Source: Phoronis australis
Taxonomy: Eukaryota > Animalia > Phoronida
Assembly: GCA_002633005.1 (NCBI GenBank)
Contig: NMRA01000645.1
Location: 165,516 to 229,515, forward strand
Direction of reading: 5' to 3'
DNA: 64,000 bases
Part shown: positions 53,265 through 64,000 of the stretch, piece by piece
Numbering within the stretch: the first letter of the stretch is position 1
How the letters are laid out: each line of letters starts with the position of its first letter
Made by a program: the position numbers and the translations under genes
The notes under the pieces: generated by a model
What the model was told of the DNA's origin: nothing
What the model saw: only the letters and a program-made list of their open reading frames with translations
Databases searched by the model: none

Positions 53265-53771
53265 GTAAGGATGCTCTGTCCCTGCCCCCAGTTATATAAA
53301 ATGTGTATGAAACGAATTTTGCCATGAGAGGGTTTTATTTTTCATTTGCGAAGGAAAAATTTATGGGCTCTGGGGTAACGATTGAGTTTAGGTTTACACA
53401 GCAGGTAGCTTAACTGTCTGTAATACAATGATAGATATTGTATTTACACACTACCGATGTGTTTAATCTTTATGTAGACAGACCAAAGGAAGAAGTCAAG
53501 AATGTGTTTGGTTGCTCCATTCATAGTCTATCTGAAGACTTGGGCCCGGAAGTTGTGAAAAGCAACTAGTCAGAAATTCGGTCCTGTGCTCCACACAACT
53601 ATTTCTGAAAAATAGTTAAATCTTGCTTGTGTTAAGTGCTAAGTCTCTGAGAATATATACATAACTGTCAATTTCTGAGGTAATGTTATCAATTATTTCT
53701 AGACTGTGATGCACACGTAGTAACTTGGCTAAACCTTTTATTCAGCAGTTGTGAAATGGAAGCATAAGACC

Positions 53772-53995
53772 GGAGGAGGCACTGTGGCCTAGTTTGATGA
53801 GTGCCCGCTTTCTTCACTTGAGACCGTGGGTTCGAGTTCCACTGGGCCACCCAGGTTTCTAGCTCCTCAGCACGGTTTTAACTGAAAATTAATAAAATAC
53901 AAAAAATGGTTCCAGGTGATCAGTGCAATGGGCTCACATGCACAGCCTGCGCACGTCTTTCACAACGTGTACCAGACCGCCTGCAATTTTTTTTG
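53772..53995 (+). mobile_element. tRNA-derived SINE
   Basis: A-box-like TGGCCTAGTTTG, B-box GGTTCGAGTTCC, body shared with 54573-54801, terminal T run. Confidence 0.75.
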
Positions 53996-54572
53996 AACGA
54001 GACCTAATTCCAGTCTTAAGTCATGTTTAAGAAACAAACCCCTGGGCATGGGGTCTTGTCTGTGTTCCTGAAACTTGACAAAGTTTCATAAAACTGCATT
54101 TCGTCCTGTTTAGCTGTCACTATTAACATAGTTTGAGTTCTTAACCGAAGCGTTTAAAACCATTACCATGTCTAAGGAACCCTGGTGTCGAATGAGTTGG
54201 TAAGTAAAGTTCTTAACATAACACACGAGCCAGGGTGATGGATTATTTGCCAAGACATTTTCGGTTGTTCAGCTGAATCCCATCTTCCTAAAATAACACT
54301 TCATGTTATAAAGCCAGCATATTGTCAAAACGCTTTAAATAGGTCTACTGGGGTCTATAGTCTTACTTGCATGTACTCACGCAAATGGTCATTGTTGTCT
54401 TGTGAGTTACTTATATTTGAACGGAGTTCCTTGTACACCATTTTCAAATGTCAAGATTGGCAAACCCGAAAAAAGTTATTTTCCAGTTTGTTTTTCACCT
54501 GTTACGGGTTTGCATGTCGTTCTTGGTAACAGAGAACAAATCCTGTAATGGTAGGTACAACTGTAAAAGCCT

Positions 54573-54801
54573 AAAAAATAATTGCAGGCAGTCAGATCCA
54601 CGTTTTACCAGACGTTTGCAGGCCGCGCATGTGGGCCCATTGCACTGATCACCTGGAACCATTTTATGCTTTGATAATATATGATTAAAACTGAGCTGAG
54701 GAGCTAGAAACCAAGGGTTTAGCAGTGTGACCCTGTGGGACTCGAAACCATGACCTTGAGTAAAGAATGCGGGTACCTATTGAGTAGGCCACACTTCCTC
54801 C
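54573..54801 (-). mobile_element. tRNA-derived SINE, inverted copy
   Basis: Reverse complement aligns to 53772-53995, including aaaatggttccaggtgatcagtgcaatggg and ggtttctagctcctcagc. Confidence 0.75.
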
Positions 54802-54963
54802 TTGAGTAAGACTAAATACATTTTTCATTTTTAACCAGTTCAACAGGGTGAATGCAGCTTTAAATTTGGGCATCCACAATCTAAATCATGCACGGCAAAA
54901 TATAATTAGGCCTTTAAATACTTTGTTACTCGAGAAAGTGACCGTCAAGTTGTCTTTTTCCAG

Positions 54964-55138
54964 GACTTCTGCATCTGTATTGAGATGTTCATAGCGGCTA
55001 TAGCTCACTACTTCTCATTTAGCCACACACCCTTCATATCTAGTGGCCATGAGCAGATCCCATGCTGTACGCTGGTACTGACCATGTGCGACGTCTCAGA
55101 TGTCCACGATGATGTGTTTGAACATGCACGTTTTGTGG
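54964..55138 (+). CDS. TMEM184C: TMEM184C exon 8: DFCICIEMFIAAIAHYFSFSHTPF...DVSDVHDDV
   Basis: tttccag acceptor, gtaaga donor, ICIEMFxAAIAH motif. Confidence 0.95.
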
Positions 55139-55571
55139 GTAAGAAACTCGCGCTAACATGAACTAAACTTAAGTTTGTCTCAAATTTTTATTTAAAATTT
55201 ATTCGACACAGTGCTCACCATGGCATCATTTTCTATCTCATTCTCTTATCCTGCTTCATCCAAGATATTAAGATTGTGGCCAGATGAAATTTGTGTCTTT
55301 TAAAAGCGAATATTGGGTAAAGTTTTCAAGACAGTTGTAATTGCTTGCAGTAAACAATACTTTTCTCTGCCTGACATAGCTACACTTTGGTTAGTACCCT
55401 CTGTCATCAGCCGTTTTGTGGCTTGTCACTATAAACTGCACCAGATGGCAAACGGTCTTCGCCAGCTATACTCTTTGTACAAGCATTTGACTTCTGGCGC
55501 AGTTACTTGCAAAAACCTTCATGGTAGATGAAAGTTTCCCCAGTTGTTTTTATTCTGTATAAATTTCTCAG

Positions 55572-55996
55572 GTAAAACTGTCAGTGGTGCAGTAAGCGGC
55601 CCACTGTACAGGCGGAATGGTGCTAAGGAAGAACGCCAGCCTCTCCTAACAGACCAGTCCCCTAGGCACACAACGCGACCACAGGCTTACATGCCCCCTA
55701 TACAACTGAAGGTGCTGAGCAGGGCAAATGAGGAAGAGGAAGATTCAGACAATGAGGTCACGTTCCAAGAACGACAGTTGACCGAGTCTATGTGCAATTA
55801 CGCTCAGTTTGAAAGGAGTATTGTTGGCGATGAGAAATCGGATACGGCCGATCGAGTGGAGAGTGATGGTGTAGTTATAGAAAGTATTGGTGAGGATGAG
55901 AGGACATCTTCTGGTGAGGGATTAGAAAAGGAAAGCGAAAGTGAGGGAACATTGCATATGGACGTGGAACTGGACGCTGGTGCGAAAGTTATTTGA
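55572..55996 (+). CDS. TMEM184C: TMEM184C terminal exon, acidic cytosolic tail with ERQPLL dileucine motif
   Basis: ttctcag acceptor, phase 1, stop TGA followed by TAA. Total CDS is 1470 nt (489 aa). Confidence 0.9.
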
Positions 55997-58422
55997 TAAC
56001 ACATGGTGAAGACTGAATCACTGCTACCCAGATGATAAGTTTTAGCCAAATAGAACTCTTATGTCGCACTGCAGCTCTGGAAAACGTTTTGGGAGCAAGT
56101 GTCTGCTTCATGAACTGTGTCTTGCTCTTAGATGACGCAAGACAGAAATTTGGTGGTATGCTCCCACTTCAGAACAACCAAATAAAGGTTCAGTCAAATA
56201 ATTACGAGTGCATCACACGAGTACTAATCAAAATTATCTTAGTAATTAGCAGTTGGCCGTATATTCTCAGATGTTGTGTACTTTTGCTCAAGTGACATTT
56301 ATTTTTCAGAATGAGTTGTGTGGAAGCACTAGACCAAATTTCTGACTTGAGTCTTAAGTTACTTGTCATGTGACAAGCTTGATAAGAACTCATGTGACAA
56401 TTAGTAGTTGCCGAGATCATGCTGCACGACCTGGCTTGTCACGGCGCGTCATTTTATGTCTTAAGTCATTTTTATGAACATGGCTGCAGAGCACAAATGA
56501 TTGACGACTACGCAGTTTTGTGGCCACTACAGCCTTTTTCATGCTTTTTAAAACTGGTTTACCATTAGTTGATATTTTAACGTTTTGCAAATAACTCTAG
56601 TTACTGTAGTTATTTGGTTTTAACAAGAAAGCAGTGTTGATATTGGAGAAATTTTGAGACTTCTAGATTTGTCAAATTGCTCCGAATGTATGTAGTTCTG
56701 TTGCCTAAAAACCTAAAGCAACTGTATGAATTTCAAGTTCATTATGTTGCTTCACAATAGTGGGTGCATGAACATCGAAACAACTCATCTCCAAGCCACC
56801 AATTCAGGTTTTGAACTATAAAACCCAAAAAGCTCATCTCATTGACAAAATGATTTGGCAGTTGGAAAACAAATTTCATCATTTGGTCATTTGGAAGACT
56901 GGTTTCAGTGGACATGCAGAAGCTATTTTCTATATAAAGTGGATGCAATGGTTCTGACATCTGATTTACAGTTTGGAAAGTAGATGGAAGTATCCAGAAC
57001 AGTTTTACAAAGCCTGTGTGGTCTATGCTCCTGTGAATGACAGGAATGACCAACTGTTGAATGTTAGCCAAGATTATCTGTATATCGTAGCAGTTAACCA
57101 CACAAGTTTTTAGTGTTGACAAACTAGGAAATCAGTAACTAAAACTCACTTCAGCATCCATATTGAGATTGTGCAAGGATTTTCATTTTTAAAATTTAGT
57201 GTAAGTACTTGACATGAGATGATAAAGGAAAACTGTGTAAGGATTCCATCCAACATTGTGGATAAATGACTACTTTTAAGACACTCAGATATTAATGAAG
57301 GTGTAAAACATTCCAGTAGCAGTAGAGTTTGGGGAGTGGGATGAAGTGGTCCGACTAAGCCAAGACAAATCATAAATTTCAGTCAAGTCCGTTTCAAGTA
57401 AGATATCTTAAAAGAGAATGGCACCCCAAAAAATAACCTAGTTTGCATCAATTTAGATTGAGTAGTTCCACTTGATAACAGCAAGTACAGCTCTTTTACC
57501 TGACACCTGACAGAGGTGTTGAAATTAACCAATGACGTCAGTCTGTTCAGTAGCTCACTACACACTTACTGGTGTCAGCTTATTCCTTGAATTTATCGTT
57601 TTACAACAATAAATCATAAAAATTCGATGTAAAACTCTTACAAAGACATCGAGTTATTGAACAAACGTGTTATTTTATTTCGCTGTTACGGATTTTTAGG
57701 TATTTGAACGTACCGTACCCTACAAAGTTCGGTAGGCCAATTTACCAAGTTCGGTCGCGGGAGTTTGGGTCTGTTCGATGATAAATTCAAATTATTCGTC
57801 TGAAAGACAGACAGGAGAACATAGCTGTAATTTTAGAGTTGCGATTTTTTCATTTCCAAACACAAAACGCTTGGTATCCCGGCCAGTGGCTTGGAACCCA
57901 ATCAGGCCCATCTTGGCCAGACTGAAGACATCACGAACATAAACCTGCTAATGTTGGAGACTAAACTTCCAGTGAGCCAGTGAGCCAAAAAAAATGTATA
58001 CGTGGTTATTTTGGCAAGTTACCCGCGAAGTCAAGTTGCCCTTTCCAGAACCATCAGGACAAAACTTGTACAGTAACGATGCGAATAATGTATGTCTTTT
58101 TTGAATATCTCAATAAAGATCCCCTTAACATCTGACCAAAGGATATAAAATCGAGTTATTGTTTCACAACAACTTTCTGTTAGCAAGCAATGAATTAGCA
58201 TGTGCTCACACGGCGTCGGTGCCCGGTCAGTTACCTTTATTGCATCAAAAGCAGGTAAGGCAAATTTATTCATTGCTTGCTTCTCAAAACATTTGCACTC
58301 ACGAATAATCCAAGGCATTACAAATTGTATCTAATGAGACAGAATTTGTTTCAGTTTTATATAAGCACTGGTTAGGGCGAGGATAATTCATTTTGAAACA
58401 ACACACCATAATAAACGTCAAC

Positions 58423-58830
58423 GTGGCAACTAGCAATCCCGAGTGCTCATCCGACGAAGACTTCACAGGTCGATCGTTAGGTTTCACAGGCTATCAGTTT
58501 GAACCATAATACACTGATCAAGAAATAATAGAGGCTCCATGAACGTGCACAGACAACGGTAGTTCTGAAAAGCGTTTGAATGGCCTGTCATGGTGTCAGT
58601 GAGCTAACTGCACAGACGACTATTGAAACGACTAATACTTGCATGTGCTGCCACAAAATTCCGCAAGTGAAATGCCTTCTTGGAGAAGCGCAGATGTGTC
58701 TTACGGAACATCCTGATTTTGCACTGCATCTAAACAGAGGTGTGCTTACGACGTTTTTTAGGGCTGAGAAACAGAACTGGCGAAAACATCCTACACCCAG
58801 AGGACCAAACAGAAGCCTCATAACGAGTCA
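58423..58830 (+). pseudogene. KolX / P2X7 C-terminal ballast-like Cys-rich protein remnant
   Basis: GYQFEP*...RLNGLSWCQ*ANC, then a frameshift into CMCCHKIP...CLTEHPDF..HLNRGVL. Three stops and one frameshift. Confidence 0.75.
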
Positions 58831-58948
58831 GTCATCAAACCGGTGATATAAAACGTTGTTCTCACGCCTTCAATTAATTGTAATTATTTATGTTTTCGTG
58901 GCCAATTACAATTCTTCATAATCAAAACTGATCAACAAGAAAACCGAC

Positions 58949-59141
58949 GAAATGCAGGCCACTGACAGACACGGAGAAGTTTCATGGCCTCATACTTGGT
59001 ATTAACGGCGTACTTTTCATTCTTCACTACCGCAAGCCACTTCCAAAGCATTATGGGCTGTTGAGGAAATCGAAAAAATGACATACCCGCTTTCCTCACA
59101 GCTTCACAGTTCGCTTAAGCGGGAACGATACACCACACCAT
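58949..59141 (-). pseudogene. THAP zinc-finger N-terminus of a transposase (remnant)
   Basis: MVWCIVPA*AN...SFFRFP...KWL...RVC, then frameshift to LHF. C2CH THAP signature. Confidence 0.8.
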
Positions 59142-60499
59142 AGCGGCACTCGCTCTGCAGAAGAACCACTGACATCGCTGCGTCGTTTCTCACCTTCCTC
59201 ACAGGTTAATGCGACACATCTCGGGGAGATAAGATTGACCGTTTACGAGGTGATGTGGATATAGACTGACTAACACGGTAAAAAAAACTAATTATATCGG
59301 GTAGCATTCTCCTTTAGGTTTGACTTGAGTTCTTGACAAATTTCATACCTTTAGATTCGGGCCGATCCTTATTGTGTTTCTACCTTGTTTTGCAAAACGT
59401 GCAAAACTCTCAGGATGTTGAGAAACACAAGTGTTCAATTCAGGGATCAAGTTTAAGAACCTGCACTCTTGAAATGTTCAATTGGATTAGCATAATATAA
59501 CACCAGTCAGTTATACAGATTTATTACAAAACTGTACAGTATGACATTTTCACACAATGTTTCTGTAGAATTCACAATAACAAGCAAGATAGGTTTAAAT
59601 ATATGTTACAGGTCAAGACTGAGAGGTAAAACAAAGACAATATGCCATGGCATAAAATGCACTTTAAAATTATTCTCAATAATAAAGTATGAATAAAATA
59701 GAAACACTAGCTTTTTCACATAATTATAGCAACAACAGACTGGGCATGCACAAATAATACAATTGAAAAAAGAAATGAAGGAAAACTTAGGATACAGGAA
59801 ATGGAAATTATATATACAGTAAAAATTCTCTACTTTGGGACAGTGAATGAGCAGCAGAGGAAGGAACCATGTGGTTGAGGTTACAACATGAAAACAAATG
59901 GCAACCCCAGCGACGGCAGAAGGTCTGATCAGCCTTCAGAGACCTACCATCACAGAGGGTTCTAGATCAAGGTCAAAACCCACGATGACGATGGACTCCT
60001 AGCCTTACGACGATACTGGGTAGAAGATACCAGCATGTTTACAACCAAGTAAGAAGCTCTGACCTTGAGGAAAATGTTTTTTCACTGTCATAAACTAGAC
60101 ATTTTAGTGGATCTCTCGTTACAGCGTCTGAGCCATAACCCTAGTGCCAACACTAGTCAAAATCACAATTCAAAATTTTTTGAAGCTCTTTGAAATTAAA
60201 CAAATTTTTTCGCAATATATTATACCTATTTTTTCCTGGGAATTTGTGAAGTGGCAGTCAGCTAATGCAGAAACCTTTACAAATTCAGATTACAATACTC
60301 AGTAACACACCAGACCAGTGACTAAGTGAGCAATATTCCTTCAGGGTTAAAATTGGAATATACTTATACCAAGTAATTTTTTCAGCACCCATAAAACCCC
60401 TAGATACAAACCATTTGCGATGAGGTGGTTGGTGCATTTCAATGCTCAGCATTGCTTTTGTTATTCTGTGCAGTTGAGATAACTTTTGATAAACCCTTT

Positions 60500-61385
60500 C
60501 AGTTGCTGAGTTTTATTCACATATTTGATCAAGTCATCTAAAACTGGTATAGCATTGGATCTATAATAGAAAGCACTCTCACAAACCTACACAAATACCT
60601 TCCACAAGTCAAGAAAGTTGCCCTCCGATCAGATAATGCAGAGTGCTACCATGCAGCACAGCTACTTCTGCTGTTGCCAGCTATAGCGAAGAAGTCAAGT
60701 GTAAATGTTTTGAGGTACGACTACAGCTAGCCAAAAAAGGCAAGGATATTTGCGACCATAAAATACCCATCTTGAAAGTGCATGTACAGCGATACATTTA
60801 TGAAGGAGTGAACACAATGTACCGAGTGTCACTGAATTGAAGACTGCATTGGAGTTCTACAAAGGTATTGCTGGGTGTATACCGTGTGTATCAAGGCTGT
60901 CAGATGTTAAAACCAAGAGAAAAGTTGACAATTCTGGATGTATTCAACTCTACCAGCACTTAATTCTCAGCGCCCTCTCTCAAAGTTTGGAGATGGAATT
61001 GTTTGACCATAACACAAAGTTTTCAGTATTGCTACTAGATTTTAAATTTTCAAAGTCTTTCCAGAGAGTGCTTTGTCTCAAGTAATCAGACCGAGGATAT
61101 GTGAAACCTCAAAGAAGTACCAGCAGAAAGAGGCTTTAGCTGCCTAGAACCTTCCTGTGTGAAGATATATACCACCTTTACAAGCCTTGAGCGACATCTT
61201 GACTTTGGGTCACATGTTTACAGACCACAAGAAGAAAACTGATGGGCAGTTGTTTGCACATCTCTGACATCAAAACCAGTTACCTTGCTCAGCACCAGTA
61301 CATCCGAGGTCTCCGCTGATCTTCCAAGTGGATGGGCAATGTGGGACTTGAGCAAACAAATACGATTTTCTGATAGTATTACAGA
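60500..61385 (+). pseudogene. Degenerate DDE transposase fragment (Sola-like, possibly Sola3) with C2H2 finger
   Basis: LRSDNAECYH...RYDYS*P / GKDICDHKI..LKVHVQRYIYEG, FSCLEPSCVKIY...LERHLDFGSH, LPSGWA. Several frameshifts. Confidence 0.65.
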
Positions 61386-61455
61386 ATCAAAGTGTCAAGC
61401 AGTCCGGTACAGGAAAGCTATCCCAGAACATTTATAAGCTAGCCATCTGGTAATG

Positions 61456-61459
61456 GTTG

Positions 61460-61492
<33 letters not shown>
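61456..61492. repeat. (GTT)n(ATT)n microsatellite
   Basis: Seen directly. Confidence 0.9.
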
Positions 61493-61493
<1 letters not shown>

Positions 61494-64000
61494 ATTAACA
61501 CCTTTTTAAGTTAAAACTCCATGATTAAGAAAGGTACAATCATAGCAAAATAACCACTTGGTCACTTTTAATGAAATCTTTTTTAAATGAAAACTTCACT
61601 AGTTACCTCCAAAATGCTGTTAGGAGTTTTCAATTAGCCATTTTGTTTCTACGTTTTTTTAAAAACAGAGGTCGTATTCGCCTTTGATGCATTACTAAGC
61701 CTTTTTATTGAAAATCATAATAGCGTTTTTGAGACTGATGAATGAATATTAAGTTTGGAAAGTTTCAGCGAAGTCCACCAAACGGTTTTCGAGAACTCCT
61801 ATTCCCAAGTCAAAATTAAGTCGCTTTGCCGAAGCCGAGAAAAAGACGATATGTTGCAAGGATTGTGGATTCGGTAAAAATGTTTTGGTCAATATACCCC
61901 TAAGTTGTGTTCACTATTTCAACTTTTCCGCACAATGTCAAGTGAAGTTGCAGTGTGTATTTAACCTAATTATCACAAAAACTTTTAATCAGCCAAGTCG
62001 ATTTACAATCAATGGAGCCGAAATAGGTCATGTGGGCACAGCCAACATATTTACTTAAAAGTGGGTCAAGCTGGTGCATTGTGATCCACAAAATATAAAT
62101 CATGTGGGAGAAACCCAAACTTCAACAAACTGGAAAGTGTCATCCGTAAAAGTGCGTCGTGGACAAGAAATGGAAAAGATTTAACGACAGATGATCGACG
62201 AAATGAATGAATTTGGGTGAGGACAACTTACCCAGGCATGTTTGTGAAACAAGATGTGCTAGACCATGGCCATAAAGAGATTTGGTGCTTTCGTCATACG
62301 TTTTGCATAATAATGAGGGCTTCTTTGACAACAACAAGAAATAGTTCTAAGCATTGCATCTCACAATCTGCGTAGGCTTTTGTGTTTTGCTTCTGCAACT
62401 CGTCATGCATTTATACATGCTATACTAAGCTAAAGCTCGGATAGCAACTGCTAGGTTCGCACACGTAGAGAACCAGTTTGATGTTATTGAATAGTAGGGA
62501 AAACTGGTTCTTAAATGTAGTACCCCCACCTATACTTGAGGCGTAATGTGTTTTATCTCCCGATCTACAGGTTTGAGGCAGGCAGGTTCATCACGGCAGT
62601 CAGGACGAATGTCAATAGTTTAAACAAATAAGAAAAACGAACAAGCAGATTAGATTCTACCACTATATGCCCGCTGGGCAAAAGAGTTGAAGATGAGAAC
62701 AATTGTTAAAGACATTATGCACATTTTATTTGTTTTTTAACCATACAGGTGCGCTCATTTTATTGATACTGGAAGAAATTGAAATTTCAAATCAGACTTT
62801 TTACTTCAATGCCTTGATTCTCCACATTCCTGTAAGAAGTAAAATTGTGTAAAAAAGGGAAAGAAAATAACATTCAAGGGGTTTCAATCAAGCCCCACAA
62901 ACACTTTCTGGCTATGGGTATGAATGAACACCCCCAGTCATTAGGAGATGTGAACCGCCCAGAATTTTTATGAAAGACTTGAGAATTTTCTATGAATTCC
63001 CTTACTAGTCTTCAATATTCATTGAAAATATGTGCACTACAATAGATTAATATTTACAGCCTACTTCTGAATATGCTGCCTCTTTATTTCAATAGGAAAA
63101 CCTAGTTGCAAAGTTAGTTTGTGTTATCTTCTGTTTTTCAGATCTGTAAAAAACTTGTTTTTGGACCTTAACTTGTCCTAAAGGGAAAAGAAACCAATTT
63201 TGATATGCTATATTGCTTGTTTGTATTTTACAATAGGTTAGAAGTTTATTTGTTGATATTGTACTGTATCTATGGAGTTCAGCTTTGATATACTTCTGTA
63301 ACTAAGTAGATAAAAACATGCCACTCCAAGTTCAGATTTTTCACCCAACGGGTTAAAGTAAGTGCCATGTATTTTCTGGAAGTGCGGAATGATTTAGTGA
63401 CGACAACAGGACTGAAACATGCCTCTGAAGGTAATGGTGGACAGATATAAGTCATAATGTGGTGGTGGATACATTTGATCAGGCCACAGAACAGTCAAAG
63501 TAGTTTCCTCAACATCCAGCAGTTCATAAATATTGCATTCAACAACAAAGGACTACAACTGTAGGAATCGTAAGGCATAGAATGTGGAAGGCTCTAAACT
63601 TTGTGACAACTTCAAACATCCATATTTCCATGCCTAATTGCAAACATGCATTTCAATAATCATTAAAAGAAAGCTTTGACACAAATGTTGGTCAAACAGT
63701 AACGGTCACCCCTCAACTCTAAAAACTCAACATTTCCCAGGTTTCAAAAGCAACGAATTTGCAATTTTGAAAAAAAAAATTTCGACTGACGACTGAATTT
63801 TTAATAAGTCTAGAGGAAGTCTCTAACTTAAAGAAATCTCTTCATAATTACTTTAAAAATGAAAACTCAAAATTTCAAAGGTGACAAATGCAACTTTCTC
63901 TGCTCACCACGGCAGCCAGTTCAATGGCCCAATATCAAACACTTCCGTCACAATAGCCATTGGTATCACAAGTTACTAGGTAGGTGGTCTGAACAAAGAC

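Larger units (their letters stand above)
57412..59313. mobile_element. Internally deleted Kolobok-like DNA transposon
   Basis: 15-bp imperfect TIRs (AAGAGAATGGCACCC / AGGAGAATGCTACCC) flanked by TTAA and TTAG. Convergent KolX-like and THAP remnants inside. Confidence 0.7.

Noticed and set aside
53772-53850. tRNA gene
   Set aside because: A and B boxes are present but there is no convincing cloverleaf, and it continues into a repeated body, so it is a SINE head.
63395-63552. Possible terminal exon of a convergent minus-strand gene (PRMT9 neighbours TMEM184C in human)
   Set aside because: The open frame of about 52 codons shows no similarity to PRMT9 or anything else I recognise.

Overview
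AT-rich, intron-rich eukaryotic DNA from what looks like a heterozygous marine invertebrate (the species cannot be determined from this window). It holds two + strand genes. The first is a SCHIP1 orthologue (2391-39493, start codon not found) whose 5' exons encode an IQ motif and other IQCJ-like sequence, so it is a full IQCJ-SCHIP1 gene in a non-vertebrate. Its 27-kb intron contains several frame-compatible candidate alternative first exons and a microexon. The second is a complete 9-coding-exon TMEM184C (47196-55996, 489 aa) behind a CpG-rich promoter. The rest is transposon debris: an internally deleted Kolobok-like element with convergent THAP and P2X7-ballast-like (KolX) remnants, a Harbinger derivative, a Sola-like transposase pseudogene, hAT and PIF MITEs, long hairpins, and an inverted pair of tRNA-derived SINEs. 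Three tandem duplications joined by a single 'n' are most likely haplotype assembly artefacts. All comparisons to human proteins are from recalled sequences and need checking by alignment.
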